DNA of 64,000 bases from Chromatiales bacterium (GTDB taxonomy: Bacteria > Pseudomonadota > Gammaproteobacteria > JAJPIJ01). The DNA is taken from contig JBQTIC010000059.1 of the NCBI GenBank assembly GCA_052388435.1, positions 14,395 through 78,394 on the forward strand, written 5' to 3'. The notes under the pieces are model-generated. The model did no database searches. It had not been told where the DNA came from and saw nothing but the letters and a program-made list of their open reading frames with translations. A program made the position numbers and the translations under genes. Shown here piece after piece: positions 1 through 8,912 of the stretch; the first letter of the stretch is position 1; the number at the start of each line of letters is the position of its first letter.

Positions 1-40
1 GGCTCGTGAATCAGCGCTTGATACCTCGTCGTCATGGATA

Positions 41-733
41 CTACGGCCGTGGCACCGATATACGCTGGATCGACTGGATGCTTCTGATCAGGTTGTCGAT
101 CGCGCGCAGGCGCATCCGTTGCGGAGGCGTAGGCGGGCTGTGGGCATCAGGTACCGTCGTCCCCCAACCGGGCTCATCAATGACCACGCTGCCGTAAGCG
201 TTCGCCACCTCGATGGCGGAAGAAGTCCCGGCCTCCTCCGGCTCGAGCAGGACGATGGTGGCGGACTCACCCACCACTTCGCCGCCCACGGTCGTGCCGC
301 GGATGCCGATCGTGGCAACGGCGCCCGCCTCCACGCGCATCGAGCTTGCTCTGGCCCTGGCGATGAGGCCGGTGGTGAATCGGAAGGCGCCGCGCACCAC
401 GCGCATGGCGATGCTGTCATCCTGTCCCTGCGCGTAGCGGAATCCGGCGATGGCGAAGCTTGAGTCAGGGCCTAGCGAGAATGTGGTGTTATCCTTGAAC
501 CGTATCGTGACCACTGAGCGGCTTCGGGTCTCGATGCGGTCGTTCAGGTGCACGGCGTCTCCTGCGGAGAGCGGATATGCGATGCCGTCGTCTGCGAAGC
601 GGGCGGCCTGCCCCTTGAGTTGAGCGACTTCGCCGACCTCGGACGTAGCGGCGACAACGGTTGAGGGATGGAGTGCGCCCAGGGACAGCAGCAGTAGCGA
701 CAGGATCCATGCGCTTGGTTTCATAGTGGCCAT
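41..733 (-). CDS. Exported FecR-domain protein (signal peptide, no cytoplasmic anti-sigma domain), paralog 1
   Basis: Start chosen at ATG 733 (MATMKPSAWILSLLLL) with GAAGGAG RBS upstream; FecR-type motifs GDAVHLNDRIET, LGPDS, RGAFRF, TIGIRGT; clearly similar to 53465..54151. Confidence 0.85.
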   Translation of the reverse strand: MATMKPSAWILSLLLLSLGALHPSTVVAATSEVGEVAQLKGQAARFADDGIAYPLSAGDAVHLNDRIETRSRSVVTIRFKDNTTFSLGPDSSFAIAGFRYAQGQDDSIAMRVVRGAFRFTTGLIARARASSMRVEAGAVATIGIRGTTVGGEVVGESATIVLLEPEEAGTSSAIEVANAYGSVVIDEPGWGTTVPDAHSPPTPPQRMRLRAIDNLIRSIQSIQRISVPRP

Positions 734-805
734 TTCTCCTTCAGTCGAAGCGTGACAGTGAGGTTCGCGAGTTGCCGAAACGCCCCACTCCCTCAGGGCG
801 GGCCG

Positions 806-1717
806 ATGCATGCCGCGGCAAGCTGCATTCTGCTCGGCGCGCTGACACTGACGGCGTGTGCCCCCCTTGCCAGTATCGCAGGCAAGGATCCGCGAGCTAA
901 AGCGCTCGCGATCGCGGCTCAAGGAGGTCTTGAGCATAACACTGTTTCGACCGGTCCGTTTCGGCTGCTGACCTTCAGTCGCGGTCTTAAGAGCGCGCCC
1001 TCGCTGGTCATCTACATAGAGGGTGACGGCCATGCCTGGCGCACGCCGCGAACCCCGTCGTCCGACCCCTCGCCGCGGGATCCCGTGGCCCTGCGACTGG
1101 CAATCCTCGATGACTCCCCGTCAGTGTTGTACCTCGCAAGACCCTGTCAGTTCCTCACCGCTGCAGAGTTGGCCCAGTGTGAGCAAAGGTACTGGACCAG
1201 CCATCGCTACTCGACGGACGTCATCCTGGCGATGAATACCGCTATCGATCGGATGCTGGCCAGCACCAGGGCGGTCGGTGTCAAGATCCCGATCGGTCTG
1301 GTGGGTTACTCCGGCGGAGGGACTGTCGCCGCCCTGATTGCGGCGATTCGAAACGACGTGGGTTGGCTGGTTACTGTGGCGGCCAACCTTGATCATGACG
1401 CGTGGACCGGGTGGCATCGTGTCACGCCGCTGAGGGAGTCGCTGAATCCGCCCGACATGACAGCAAGACTGCGCTCGACTCCTCAGGTTCATCTGGCGGG
1501 CGAGCGGGACCGGCTCGTTCCGCCGTGGATCGCGAACTCGTTCCGGCAGCGACTCGGCGAGCGCGCACCCGTCATCGTGGAGACGGTTCCAGACTTTGAC
1601 CATCAGTGCTGCTGGGAGGCAGTATGGCCGCGGATCGCCTGTCAGCAACTGGAGAGGTTGCGTGGCATCGCGTTTACGCCATGCCGCAGCCGCGCCGCTC
1701 CGCTGCAAGGGGAATAG
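806..1717 (+). CDS. Alpha/beta hydrolase lipoprotein, paralog 1
   Basis: Lipobox LTAC; YIEGDG; nucleophile elbow GYSGGG; DRLVP acid and C-terminal DH-CCW; similar to 54195..55025. Confidence 0.85.
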   Translation: MHAAASCILLGALTLTACAPLASIAGKDPRAKALAIAAQGGLEHNTVSTGPFRLLTFSRGLKSAPSLVIYIEGDGHAWRTPRTPSSDPSPRDPVALRLAILDDSPSVLYLARPCQFLTAAELAQCEQRYWTSHRYSTDVILAMNTAIDRMLASTRAVGVKIPIGLVGYSGGGTVAALIAAIRNDVGWLVTVAANLDHDAWTGWHRVTPLRESLNPPDMTARLRSTPQVHLAGERDRLVPPWIANSFRQRLGERAPVIVETVPDFDHQCCWEAVWPRIACQQLERLRGIAFTPCRSRAAPLQGE

Positions 1718-1801
1718 CTGGCGGGACTCGCTGATGGATGCGAGGGGGGTTGAGCTTCTGAATCCCGGCGCCGAGCTGGAGCCGACGGATTTGACGGCCG
1801 C

Positions 1802-2995
1802 TTACTCTTCTGATGCATGCAGGATGAAAAGCTTCAGGTACTCGGTCTCCGGGATTGAGAGGTGGACAGGGTGGTCGGGACCTTGGTGCCCTTGCTCGAG
1901 TACGCGTGCACGCCGATGTGCGCCGAGTGCGGCTTGGCGCAGCAGGTCGCGAAAGTCAGGCGCCGGCAGATGCGAGGAGCACGAAGCGCTGATCAACACG
2001 CCATCCCCGGCGAGCAGTTGCATGGCCATGGTGTTGAGCCGGCGGTAGGCCTCCGAGCCGTTATCGAAGTCCTTTTTGCGCTTGATGAACGCGGGCGGGT
2101 CGAGGATGATGACATCGAAGCTCGCTCCGGCATGGCGCAGGTTCTTCAGCGCGTCGAATGCGTCGGCCTGTCGTACCGACAACCGGTTGCTCACCGCGTT
2201 CAGTTCGCTATTCTTCTGCAGCCGCTTCGCGGCAGTGGGAGAACTCTCGACGCAGGTCACCTCTGTGGCGCCGGCCACTGCCGCTTCGATCCCCCACGCA
2301 CCGAGATAGCTGAACACATCCAACACACGCCGGTCGGCCACGTAGTGACGCATGCGTTCCCGGTTGAGACGATGATCGAAGAACCATCCGGTCTTCTGTC
2401 CGCCAAGCAGCGGCACCTCGAACCGGCAGCCATGCTCGGCGATCATGACTGTCTCCGGAACTTCCCCGCTTGCGGTCTCAATGTAGGCGGGCAGGCCTTC
2501 GAGCGCCCGTGCCGGACTGTCGTTGCGCAAGAGAATCGCCCGCGGGGATATCGCGGCGTTCAGCATGGCGAGGATGGCGTTTTTGATGGACTCCATCCCT
2601 GCCGTGTTGATCTGCACCACCAGAATGCTCCCGTAGCGATCGACAATGAGTCCCGGCAGCCCATCGCTCTCACCGTAGATCAGCCGGTAGTAAGGCTCCT
2701 CGAACAGGCGCGTGCGCACTTGCAGCGCCGCACGGATGCGCGCCTCGATAAGGCCAGGCGCAAATGGTTGTGCGGGATCGCGACTGACAAGCCGCGCGCA
2801 AATGAGCGAACGCGGATTGACATAGCCGGTACCCAGAGCCTTGCCGTTGTGGGTGAGTACGGACACGGCCTGCCCCGGCGCGAAAGCAGTGAGTGGCGTG
2901 CGCGCCGTATCGACCTCGTTGCTGAACACCCATACGTGCCCGGCACGCAGGCGGCGCTCTTCATGTTTCTTCAGTATCAGGGGCGCGTAATCCAT
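1802..2995 (-). CDS. rlmI: 23S rRNA m5C1962 methyltransferase RlmI-like (class I SAM-dependent, PUA domain)
   Basis: LKKHEERRLRAGHVWVFSNE, GESDGLPGLIVDRY, GQKTGWFFDHR, VLDVFSYLG, DPPAF. Confidence 0.9.
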   Translation of the reverse strand: MDYAPLILKKHEERRLRAGHVWVFSNEVDTARTPLTAFAPGQAVSVLTHNGKALGTGYVNPRSLICARLVSRDPAQPFAPGLIEARIRAALQVRTRLFEEPYYRLIYGESDGLPGLIVDRYGSILVVQINTAGMESIKNAILAMLNAAISPRAILLRNDSPARALEGLPAYIETASGEVPETVMIAEHGCRFEVPLLGGQKTGWFFDHRLNRERMRHYVADRRVLDVFSYLGAWGIEAAVAGATEVTCVESSPTAAKRLQKNSELNAVSNRLSVRQADAFDALKNLRHAGASFDVIILDPPAFIKRKKDFDNGSEAYRRLNTMAMQLLAGDGVLISASCSSHLPAPDFRDLLRQAALGAHRRARVLEQGHQGPDHPVHLSIPETEYLKLFILHASEE

Positions 2996-3209
2996 TGCGG
3001 TCTCGTGAGCGAGCACATAGTATAGTGGCAGCTTCCACTGCCCCTGCGCCACGCACGCTGCGGCTGTCCGGCGCGCATGAGGGTGGTTGTGCAGTCTCGC
3101 CGCCTCACTGCATAGTGCCAGGGGAGGCAGGGCGTCCGGTCGCTCGCGACTCAATGTAGATGGAATAAAGCGACGGGAGGATCACCGCGCCTCCCGGCCG
3201 AACCAATCC

Positions 3210-3713
3210 ATGCGCTATTCCACGCGACCTTTTCCTTCGTATCGCTTCGTGCCCGGCAAGGCGCCGCATCCAACGCGCGATCCGGAAGGTCATTCCTATG
3301 GCCGGGACGAGCCCCATGTGGGTGACTTTGGCGAGCACAATTGGCTGGAGACGGATGCGTATCTGTACGGCGTCGACCTGTTCAATCACGGCTACTGGTG
3401 GGAGGCCCACGAGAGCTGGGAGGCCTGCTGGGTGGCGGCGGGCCGCCGCACCGAGATCGGGTTGTTCGTTCAGGGACTGATCCAGATATCAGTGGCCTGC
3501 CTAAAGCGGCATCAGGGCTTCATCGACGTCGGGCAGCGCATGGCGTGGGACGGCCTGGAGAAGTTTCCCCGGAACGCACCCTGCTGTCTCGGTATTGTCA
3601 TTCAGGAACTCAGGGCAGCGGTCGAAGCGTGCTTTTTCGGTGATCGAAGCGAGCCCCCCGTGATCGGTCTCAACGTGAGCCAGAGCTCAAAAAGTCGGGT
3701 CGGTGACAACTGA
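3210..3713 (+). CDS. DUF309 family protein
   Basis: FNHGYWWEAHESWEACW and QGLIQISVA motifs; start moved to ATG 3210; stop codon lies inside a palindromic repeat. Confidence 0.8.
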   Translation: MRYSTRPFPSYRFVPGKAPHPTRDPEGHSYGRDEPHVGDFGEHNWLETDAYLYGVDLFNHGYWWEAHESWEACWVAAGRRTEIGLFVQGLIQISVACLKRHQGFIDVGQRMAWDGLEKFPRNAPCCLGIVIQELRAAVEACFFGDRSEPPVIGLNVSQSSKSRVGDN

Positions 3714-3739
3714 TTTCTCATTTGTCGCCGACCCCTTTT
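3689..3739. repeat. REP-like palindrome, copy 1
   Basis: Arms GGGTCGGTGACAA (3697-3709) and TTGTCGCCGACCC (3722-3734); near-identical copy at 4731-4779. Confidence 0.85.
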
Positions 3740-3771
3740 CGCGGCGTTAGTTCCAGGTCCCACATACATCG

Positions 3772-4185
3772 TCACATGTTGTCGTACATGCTGCCCGGAA
3801 ACTTTTCGAGGCCATCGTCGATGGTGTAGTAATCGCCGGCATCGGCAACGTAGATGTGACGAGTCGTGCGTAGCCCGGTAGGCGGATCGAGCGTGCCTGC
3901 GGCGATGGCGATACAGTCCCGTCCCGCGGGTTCCCAGAACACGCTTGCGCCGCATTCCGCACAGAAGCCGCGTCGTGCGCGCGACGAGGACAGGTACCAC
4001 TTCAGTCCACGGTCGCAGGTCAGTGTCAACTGCGAGTGCGCTGCCGAGGTATAGGCGCCGAAGTGGCCATGCGTGCGGCGGCACTGACTGCAGTGACAAT
4101 TCACGACGTCGCGCATGGGTCCGTGCACCACGTAGCTTACCGCGCCGCAGAGACACCCACCGTGGTGTTTGTGTTGTGACGTCAT
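3772..4185 (-). CDS. GFA/CENP-V family Zn-binding protein
   Basis: GGCLCGAVSY, CHCSQCRR, RGFCAECG motifs. Confidence 0.9.
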   Translation of the reverse strand: MTSQHKHHGGCLCGAVSYVVHGPMRDVVNCHCSQCRRTHGHFGAYTSAAHSQLTLTCDRGLKWYLSSSRARRGFCAECGASVFWEPAGRDCIAIAAGTLDPPTGLRTTRHIYVADAGDYYTIDDGLEKFPGSMYDNM

Positions 4186-4384
4186 GTCCGCTCCTTCGCA
4201 ACCGACAGTTGTTCCGCTGGATTCTAAAAACTGCCGGCTGCATGCGGCGATACCTACTTCGGCATAGCCGTGAGATGTTAGCTCTGGCTTCCCTTCATAC
4301 GCGCTGCCGTCCCTGCGGACCTTTCAAAGAAATCCGCGGTCAGGCCGCGATACCCCGAACTGGCGCTTGGCCCTAACTAAGACG

Positions 4385-4560
4385 GCTGGCGATGTCTTCG
4401 GATTGATGCGGGCACGAAACAGCGACTCGCTGGCATAGATGTCCGACGCCCATCACCAGATGGCTGTCCATGATGACGTTCTTGATCGGCCCGGCCCTGG
4501 CCGCCACACTCTCGCCGTCATACGTGAAGGCTCGCAGGGTCTGCACGGTAAACGCCTTGC
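4385..4560 (-). pseudogene. mutM: Fragment of formamidopyrimidine-DNA glycosylase (MutM/Fpg H2TH region), frameshifted
   Basis: IKNVIMDSHLVMGVG followed, after an apparent 2-bp loss at about 4441, by IYASESLFRARINPK; matches the Fpg motif MD...VVGVGNIYASESLF. Confidence 0.7.
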
Positions 4561-4730
4561 GTCCTTCATGGGGACTTAAGCAGCGATGCAATAGGTAACG
4601 GCCCCGTAACGCCTCCATCGCCGAATCGTGCTGCGCTCTGCGGTGTCAACGTAGCTATTGTCGAGGTCTCGCACCAACCGGCCGCCGTCTCAGGTGGCGG
4701 CCGACCCGCTCACTGATGCGCTTCACCAGC

Positions 4731-4779
4731 AAAAAGTCGGGTCGGTGACAAGTGATTCTCATTTGTCACCGACCCCTTT
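4731..4779. repeat. REP-like palindrome, copy 2
   Basis: Perfect 13-bp arms GGGTCGGTGACAA (4739-4751) and TTGTCACCGACCC (4763-4775). Confidence 0.85.
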
Positions 4780-4853
4780 CTCGCTGAGCCGCTCCCTGAC
4801 GCCGTAAGCTTGCGGTGCGCGAGCGGCAGCACCGGCGCATCGAAGGACAGGGG

Positions 4854-4859
4854 TATAAT
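4854..4859 (+). promoter_or_regulatory. Candidate sigma70 -10 box upstream of rsxE-nth
   Basis: Exact TATAAT about 30 bp before the rsxE ATG; no clear -35. Confidence 0.35.
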
Positions 4860-4888
4860 GTTGTGGAATCTTCCGGCACGATTGCCCG

Positions 4889-5584
4889 ATGGCCCCTTCG
4901 TTGAATGCAAGCTGCTGCGACGGCCTGTGGCGGCGGAATCCGCTGCTGGTGCGGCTGCTGGGGCTGTGCCCGCTGCTCGCGGTGAGCGACCGGCTGGTGA
5001 CCGCGCTGACGATCGGCCTCATCATGGTCATGGCGCTGACGTGCACCGAGGTGCTGACCGCCGGCACCCGGTATTTGATCCCGGCGCAGGCGCGTCCGGC
5101 CTGTCAGGCGCTTTTTGCGGCCTCGGCGGTGACGGTTATGCAGCTTCTCCTGCAGGCGCACGTGCCTGGACTGGCGCAGGCGCTCGGCATCTATGTGCCG
5201 GTCGTGGCGGGCTGCTGCCTGCTCATCGCCCGCGCCGAGGAGTTCGCCGCGAGACAGCCGGTCGCAGAGGCACTGCTCGACAGCCTGGGCCACGGATTGG
5301 GCATCCTTGCAGTGCTACTGCCTCTGGCTGCATTGCGGGAGATCATTGGCTACGGCAGCCTGTTGCGGGACGCGGATCTCCTCTGGCCGCAGGCGGGAAA
5401 CTGGCCGGGTATTGGCGTCATGGCCGAGGAGTGGGGTCTCGCCGTCGCCGCGCAGCCCGCAGGCGCTCTGCTTCTCCTCGGCACCCTGCTTGCGCTGCGC
5501 AATACGCTGGTGGGGACCCGCACGCGACCATCAGCAACGCTCCATGAACAGCACCCGGCGCGCCGCGATCTTCCAGCGGCTTGA
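4889..5584 (+). CDS. rsxE: Rnf/Rsx electron transport complex subunit E-like (divergent)
   Basis: GLWRRNPLLVRLLGLCPLLAVS, RAEEFA, LREIIGYG; directly upstream of nth as in rsx-nth operons. Confidence 0.8.
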   Translation: MAPSLNASCCDGLWRRNPLLVRLLGLCPLLAVSDRLVTALTIGLIMVMALTCTEVLTAGTRYLIPAQARPACQALFAASAVTVMQLLLQAHVPGLAQALGIYVPVVAGCCLLIARAEEFAARQPVAEALLDSLGHGLGILAVLLPLAALREIIGYGSLLRDADLLWPQAGNWPGIGVMAEEWGLAVAAQPAGALLLLGTLLALRNTLVGTRTRPSATLHEQHPARRDLPAA

Positions 5585-6290
5585 GGCGGCGAATCCGGCG
5601 CCGCGATCGGAACTCCTTTACGCGAGCCCCTTCGAGCTGCTCGTCTCCGTCATCCTGTCGGCACAGGCGACCGACGTAAGCGTCAACAAGGCGACGGACA
5701 AGCTATACAGGGTGGCCAACACCCCAATGGCCATGCTCAAGCTTGGCGAGGAGGGACTGAAGCGGCACATCAAGACTATCGGTCTGTACAACACCAAGGC
5801 GAGAAATATCATCCGTACCTGCGAGATCCTGGTGCAGGAGTACGGCGGCATAGTCCCGTGCGGGCGCGCCGCGCTGGAACGCCTGCCAGGGGTCGGGCGC
5901 AAGACCGCCAACGTCATCCTGAACGCGGCGTTTGGCGAGCCGACCATCGCTGTTGACACGCATATCTTTCGCGTCGCCAACCGAACGGGTCTCGCGCGCG
6001 GCAGGAACGTGGTGGAAGTGGAGAAAAGGCTGCTCAGACTGGTGCCGCCGGCGTACAGGCAGAATGCGCATCATTGGCTGATCCTGCATGGACGTTACGT
6101 CTGCACCGCCCGCCGGCCGCGCTGCGCGGAGTGTCTTGTCTTCGATCTCTGCGAATGGCGCGATCGGCACCGATTCGCAGCCGGGCCTGCGCGAGCTGAC
6201 GCACTGCCTGGTAACTTGGATGGCGCCCACTCATCACCTTCTCCCGGACTCTCTACCAAGCTCTCTACCATCAAGGGAGAGGGTGTCTGA
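5544..6290 (+). CDS. nth: Endonuclease III
   Basis: SPFELLVSVILSAQATDVSVNKAT, LPGVGRKTANV, VDTHIFRV, 4Fe-4S motif CTARRPRCAECLVFDLC. Confidence 0.95.
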   Translation: MNSTRRAAIFQRLEAANPAPRSELLYASPFELLVSVILSAQATDVSVNKATDKLYRVANTPMAMLKLGEEGLKRHIKTIGLYNTKARNIIRTCEILVQEYGGIVPCGRAALERLPGVGRKTANVILNAAFGEPTIAVDTHIFRVANRTGLARGRNVVEVEKRLLRLVPPAYRQNAHHWLILHGRYVCTARRPRCAECLVFDLCEWRDRHRFAAGPARADALPGNLDGAHSSPSPGLSTKLSTIKGEGV

Positions 6291-6310
6291 AGCTCGATCC
6301 GGCACGGCGA

Positions 6311-6732
6311 ATGTTCATTGGTGAGCGCGCAACGGCGAGACGCTTCTTCGCCGAGGCCCAAGCAGCTCGGGGGGCTGGCGCTGGGGCCGCTGGAATTCAT
6401 GCTCGCGGGAGTCGTGGCGGAGCACTCGGAGTATCACGCCTTGCTCACCGCCGCGGACTTCCCGCTCGAAGAGGAGTACACACCGGAGCGCGGTATCGCG
6501 AATCCCTTTCTGCATATGGGCATGCATCTTGCGAAGAACAGGTGAGCACGGATCGCCCACGGGGATCGCGGCACTCCACCGGCGACTGCTGCGTCGCCTC
6601 GGCGATACTCATGTCCTGGAACACCGCAGGATGGACTGCCTGGGTGAGGCGCTGTGGCGTGCGCAGCGCGATAACGTGTTTCCCGACGAAGGGGCTTGTC
6701 TTAACTGCCTGCGGAGACTGATGCGCGTATGA
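6311..6732 (+). pseudogene. DUF1841 family protein with three frameshifts
   Basis: Segments in successive frames: MFIGERATARRFFAEA / KQLGG...EHSEYH...YTPERGIANPFLHMGMHLA / EEQVSTDRP / TGIAALH...EHRRMDCLGEALWRAQR; shifts near 6359, 6533, 6558. Confidence 0.75.
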
Positions 6733-8012
6733 CCACAATGGTGGATGTCACGGCCGCACCATCTCCTGGAGACAGACACACGCTGGAGCGCCAGGTAAAG
6801 GTCCTGGCGGAGGCGATTCAGAGCTTCGCCGTGTCCCTCAACCTTCAGGAGACGCTGCGCCACGCCATCGCGAGCTTCGTTGAGTACCTGGACGCCGAGG
6901 CCGCTTCGATCTTTCTCCTTGAGAACAACAACAACGAACTGGTGTGCCAGCAGTGCGCCGGGCCGGTCGACATCACCGGTCTGCGCATGGACGCGAACCA
7001 GGGCATCGTCGGCAAGACGGTGCGCGAGCTGTCTTGCCAGATGGTCCGCGACGTGCAGGGCGAAGAGAGTTTCTACGCCTCCATCGACGCGGGCACCGGC
7101 TTTGCGACGCGCTCGATCCTCTGCGCGCCGCTGGTCGTGCGCGGCCAGTGCATCGGCGCCCTGGAGCTCGTCAACAAGAAGAGCAACGACGGCCGCTTCG
7201 ACGAGGATGACATGCATCTGGTTACCGCGCTCGGCTCGGCAGTGGCGCTGGCCGTACACAATGCGCGCATGGCGGCGGTCCTGGTGGAACAGGAGCGTGT
7301 GCGCAAGGAGCTGGAACTGGTGCGCGAAGTGCAGGTCAACCTGTTGCCGAAGGCCACGCCGGAGGTGGCGCCGGTGGTTGCCGTGAACATTCCGGCGCGC
7401 GAGGTGTCGGGGGATTTCTACGACTACTTCGCCCTTCCGGATGGACGCATTTACTTCAATCTCGGCGATGTTTCCGGCAAGGGCATGAACACGGCGCTTT
7501 GGATGGCCAAGACCACCGGGCTGCTGCGCTGCCTGGCGAAGAGCGCGCCGGATTTGAGCACTCTGTTAGCGCGCGTCAACGATGAGGTCTACGCCACCTC
7601 CTCGCACGGCATGTTCGTCACGCTGGTGACTGGCATGCTCGACCTCAAACGCGATGAGGTGCTCGTCGCCAATGCCGGCCACCTGCCGGCGCTCTACCGC
7701 GGGACGGATGGCGCCTACCGAGAGCTGTTCGCGGAGGGGCCGCCCCTCGGCGTGATGCCGGAGGCGGAATTCCGCTGCACGCGGCTCGCCCTTGCCGGCG
7801 GCAGTCTTTATCTGGTTACCGACGGCGTCACCGAATCGGCGGACGCCGAGAACCACGCGCTGGGCGTTACCGGGCTGCGCCGCCTTATCGACCGCGTCGC
7901 CCACCTTACGCCGCGCGCCCGGCTGGAACAGTTGGTGGCGGCTCTGCGCCTCTCAGGCCAGCGCCAGCGCGACGACATCACCCTGATGCTCCTTGAGAGG
8001 CCTCGGTTATGA
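6729..8012 (+). CDS. GAF + SpoIIE/PP2C phosphatase (RsbU-like)
   Basis: GAF (ASIFLLE...SILCAPL...IGALELVNK); PP2C motifs SGDFYDYF, GDVSGKG, ANAGH, TDGVTE, DDITL. Confidence 0.9.
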   Translation: MTTMVDVTAAPSPGDRHTLERQVKVLAEAIQSFAVSLNLQETLRHAIASFVEYLDAEAASIFLLENNNNELVCQQCAGPVDITGLRMDANQGIVGKTVRELSCQMVRDVQGEESFYASIDAGTGFATRSILCAPLVVRGQCIGALELVNKKSNDGRFDEDDMHLVTALGSAVALAVHNARMAAVLVEQERVRKELELVREVQVNLLPKATPEVAPVVAVNIPAREVSGDFYDYFALPDGRIYFNLGDVSGKGMNTALWMAKTTGLLRCLAKSAPDLSTLLARVNDEVYATSSHGMFVTLVTGMLDLKRDEVLVANAGHLPALYRGTDGAYRELFAEGPPLGVMPEAEFRCTRLALAGGSLYLVTDGVTESADAENHALGVTGLRRLIDRVAHLTPRARLEQLVAALRLSGQRQRDDITLMLLERPRL

Positions 8013-8425
8013 GGAGCAGGCGCCTGCTTAAGCTGCGCTTTCCCTCCGACCCGGCAATCCTGCGCAAGGTGCGCGACCACGTGCGCGCGGCCGCCGAGAA
8101 ATGCGGCTGCGGCGCGCAGGTGGTGGACCAGATTGTCATCGCCGTCAACGAGGCATGCACGAACATCATGCAGCACGCCTACAAGGGCGAGGGCTCAGGT
8201 GCAATTGTTTTGGAAATCTTCAATAATGGCCACGAGTTGGAGTTTCACCTCCGGGACTTCGCGGAGCCGATGGACCTGACTTCGATCGGACCGCGCAAAC
8301 TCCATGAGCTGAAGCCCGGTGGACTGGGGACTCACTTCATCCGACAGATCATGGACGAGTATGCCTACGGACACCTGCACGGAAAGTCCGGCAACTTCCT
8401 GCACATGAAGAAGAGGATAGGCTGA
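8009..8425 (+). CDS. RsbW/SpoIIAB-like Ser kinase (HATPase_c)
   Basis: AVNEACTNIMQHAY N-box, PGGLGTHFIRQIMD G-box; ATGA overlap with upstream phosphatase. Confidence 0.9.
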   Translation: MRSRRLLKLRFPSDPAILRKVRDHVRAAAEKCGCGAQVVDQIVIAVNEACTNIMQHAYKGEGSGAIVLEIFNNGHELEFHLRDFAEPMDLTSIGPRKLHELKPGGLGTHFIRQIMDEYAYGHLHGKSGNFLHMKKRIG

Positions 8426-8510
8426 CACCCGCCCGGTGGGGCAGGCATGGACACAAATTAGGGTGGCAGCGGCGGATGACGGGTGTACATCATCCATGGA
8501 GCGCCGTGAC

Positions 8511-8843
8511 ATGACTTACGCAGTGCGCAATGAGGGCGGCTATGCCATCGTCGAATTGACCGGCGACGTCGACCTGTCCCGCTCGCCGGTCGCCAGATCA
8601 ACCATCCTGTCCTGCCTGGCCGGTGCGCGCCATGTACTGGTGGATCTCTCGGAGGTCACCTATATCGACAGCTCCGGCGTGGCGAGCCTGGTGGAGGGCT
8701 ATCAAACCGCGAAGAAGAACAAACTCCGGTTCGGTCTCATTGGCGTGAGCGAGGCGGCGCTGAACGTGCTGAAGCTGGCGCGCCTGGACAAAGTCTTCCC
8801 GATCCACGCCACACTCAGCGATCGCGTCAAGGCGGATGGCTAG
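8511..8843 (+). CDS. STAS-domain protein (RsbV/SpoIIAA-like anti-anti-sigma type)
   Basis: VDLSEVTYIDSSGVASLV with the conserved phospho-acceptor Ser; LKLARLDKVFPI. Confidence 0.9.
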   Translation: MTYAVRNEGGYAIVELTGDVDLSRSPVARSTILSCLAGARHVLVDLSEVTYIDSSGVASLVEGYQTAKKNKLRFGLIGVSEAALNVLKLARLDKVFPIHATLSDRVKADG

Positions 8844-8912
8844 CCCCGGTGCCATTCATGCCTGGGGAGTAACGCCGTGCTGGCCGATCCCTTAGTCGCC
8901 TGCCCGTGTTGA

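Noticed and set aside
41-733. Classical FecI/FecR/FecA iron signalling
   Set aside because: No ECF sigma or TonB-dependent receptor adjacent, and no cytoplasmic N-terminal domain
3689-4779. Integron attC sites or CRISPR repeats
   Set aside because: No RYYYAAC/GTTRRRY ends, only two copies 1 kb apart, and no intI or cas genes
6226-6290. Extra domain in the Nth C-terminal tail
   Set aside because: Looks like read-through into a degenerate CCTTCTCCC...GGGAGAGGG palindrome with a CTCTCTACCA duplication
6311-6732. Programmed frameshifting in DUF1841
   Set aside because: Three shifts with missing codons and no slippery heptamers fit deletions better
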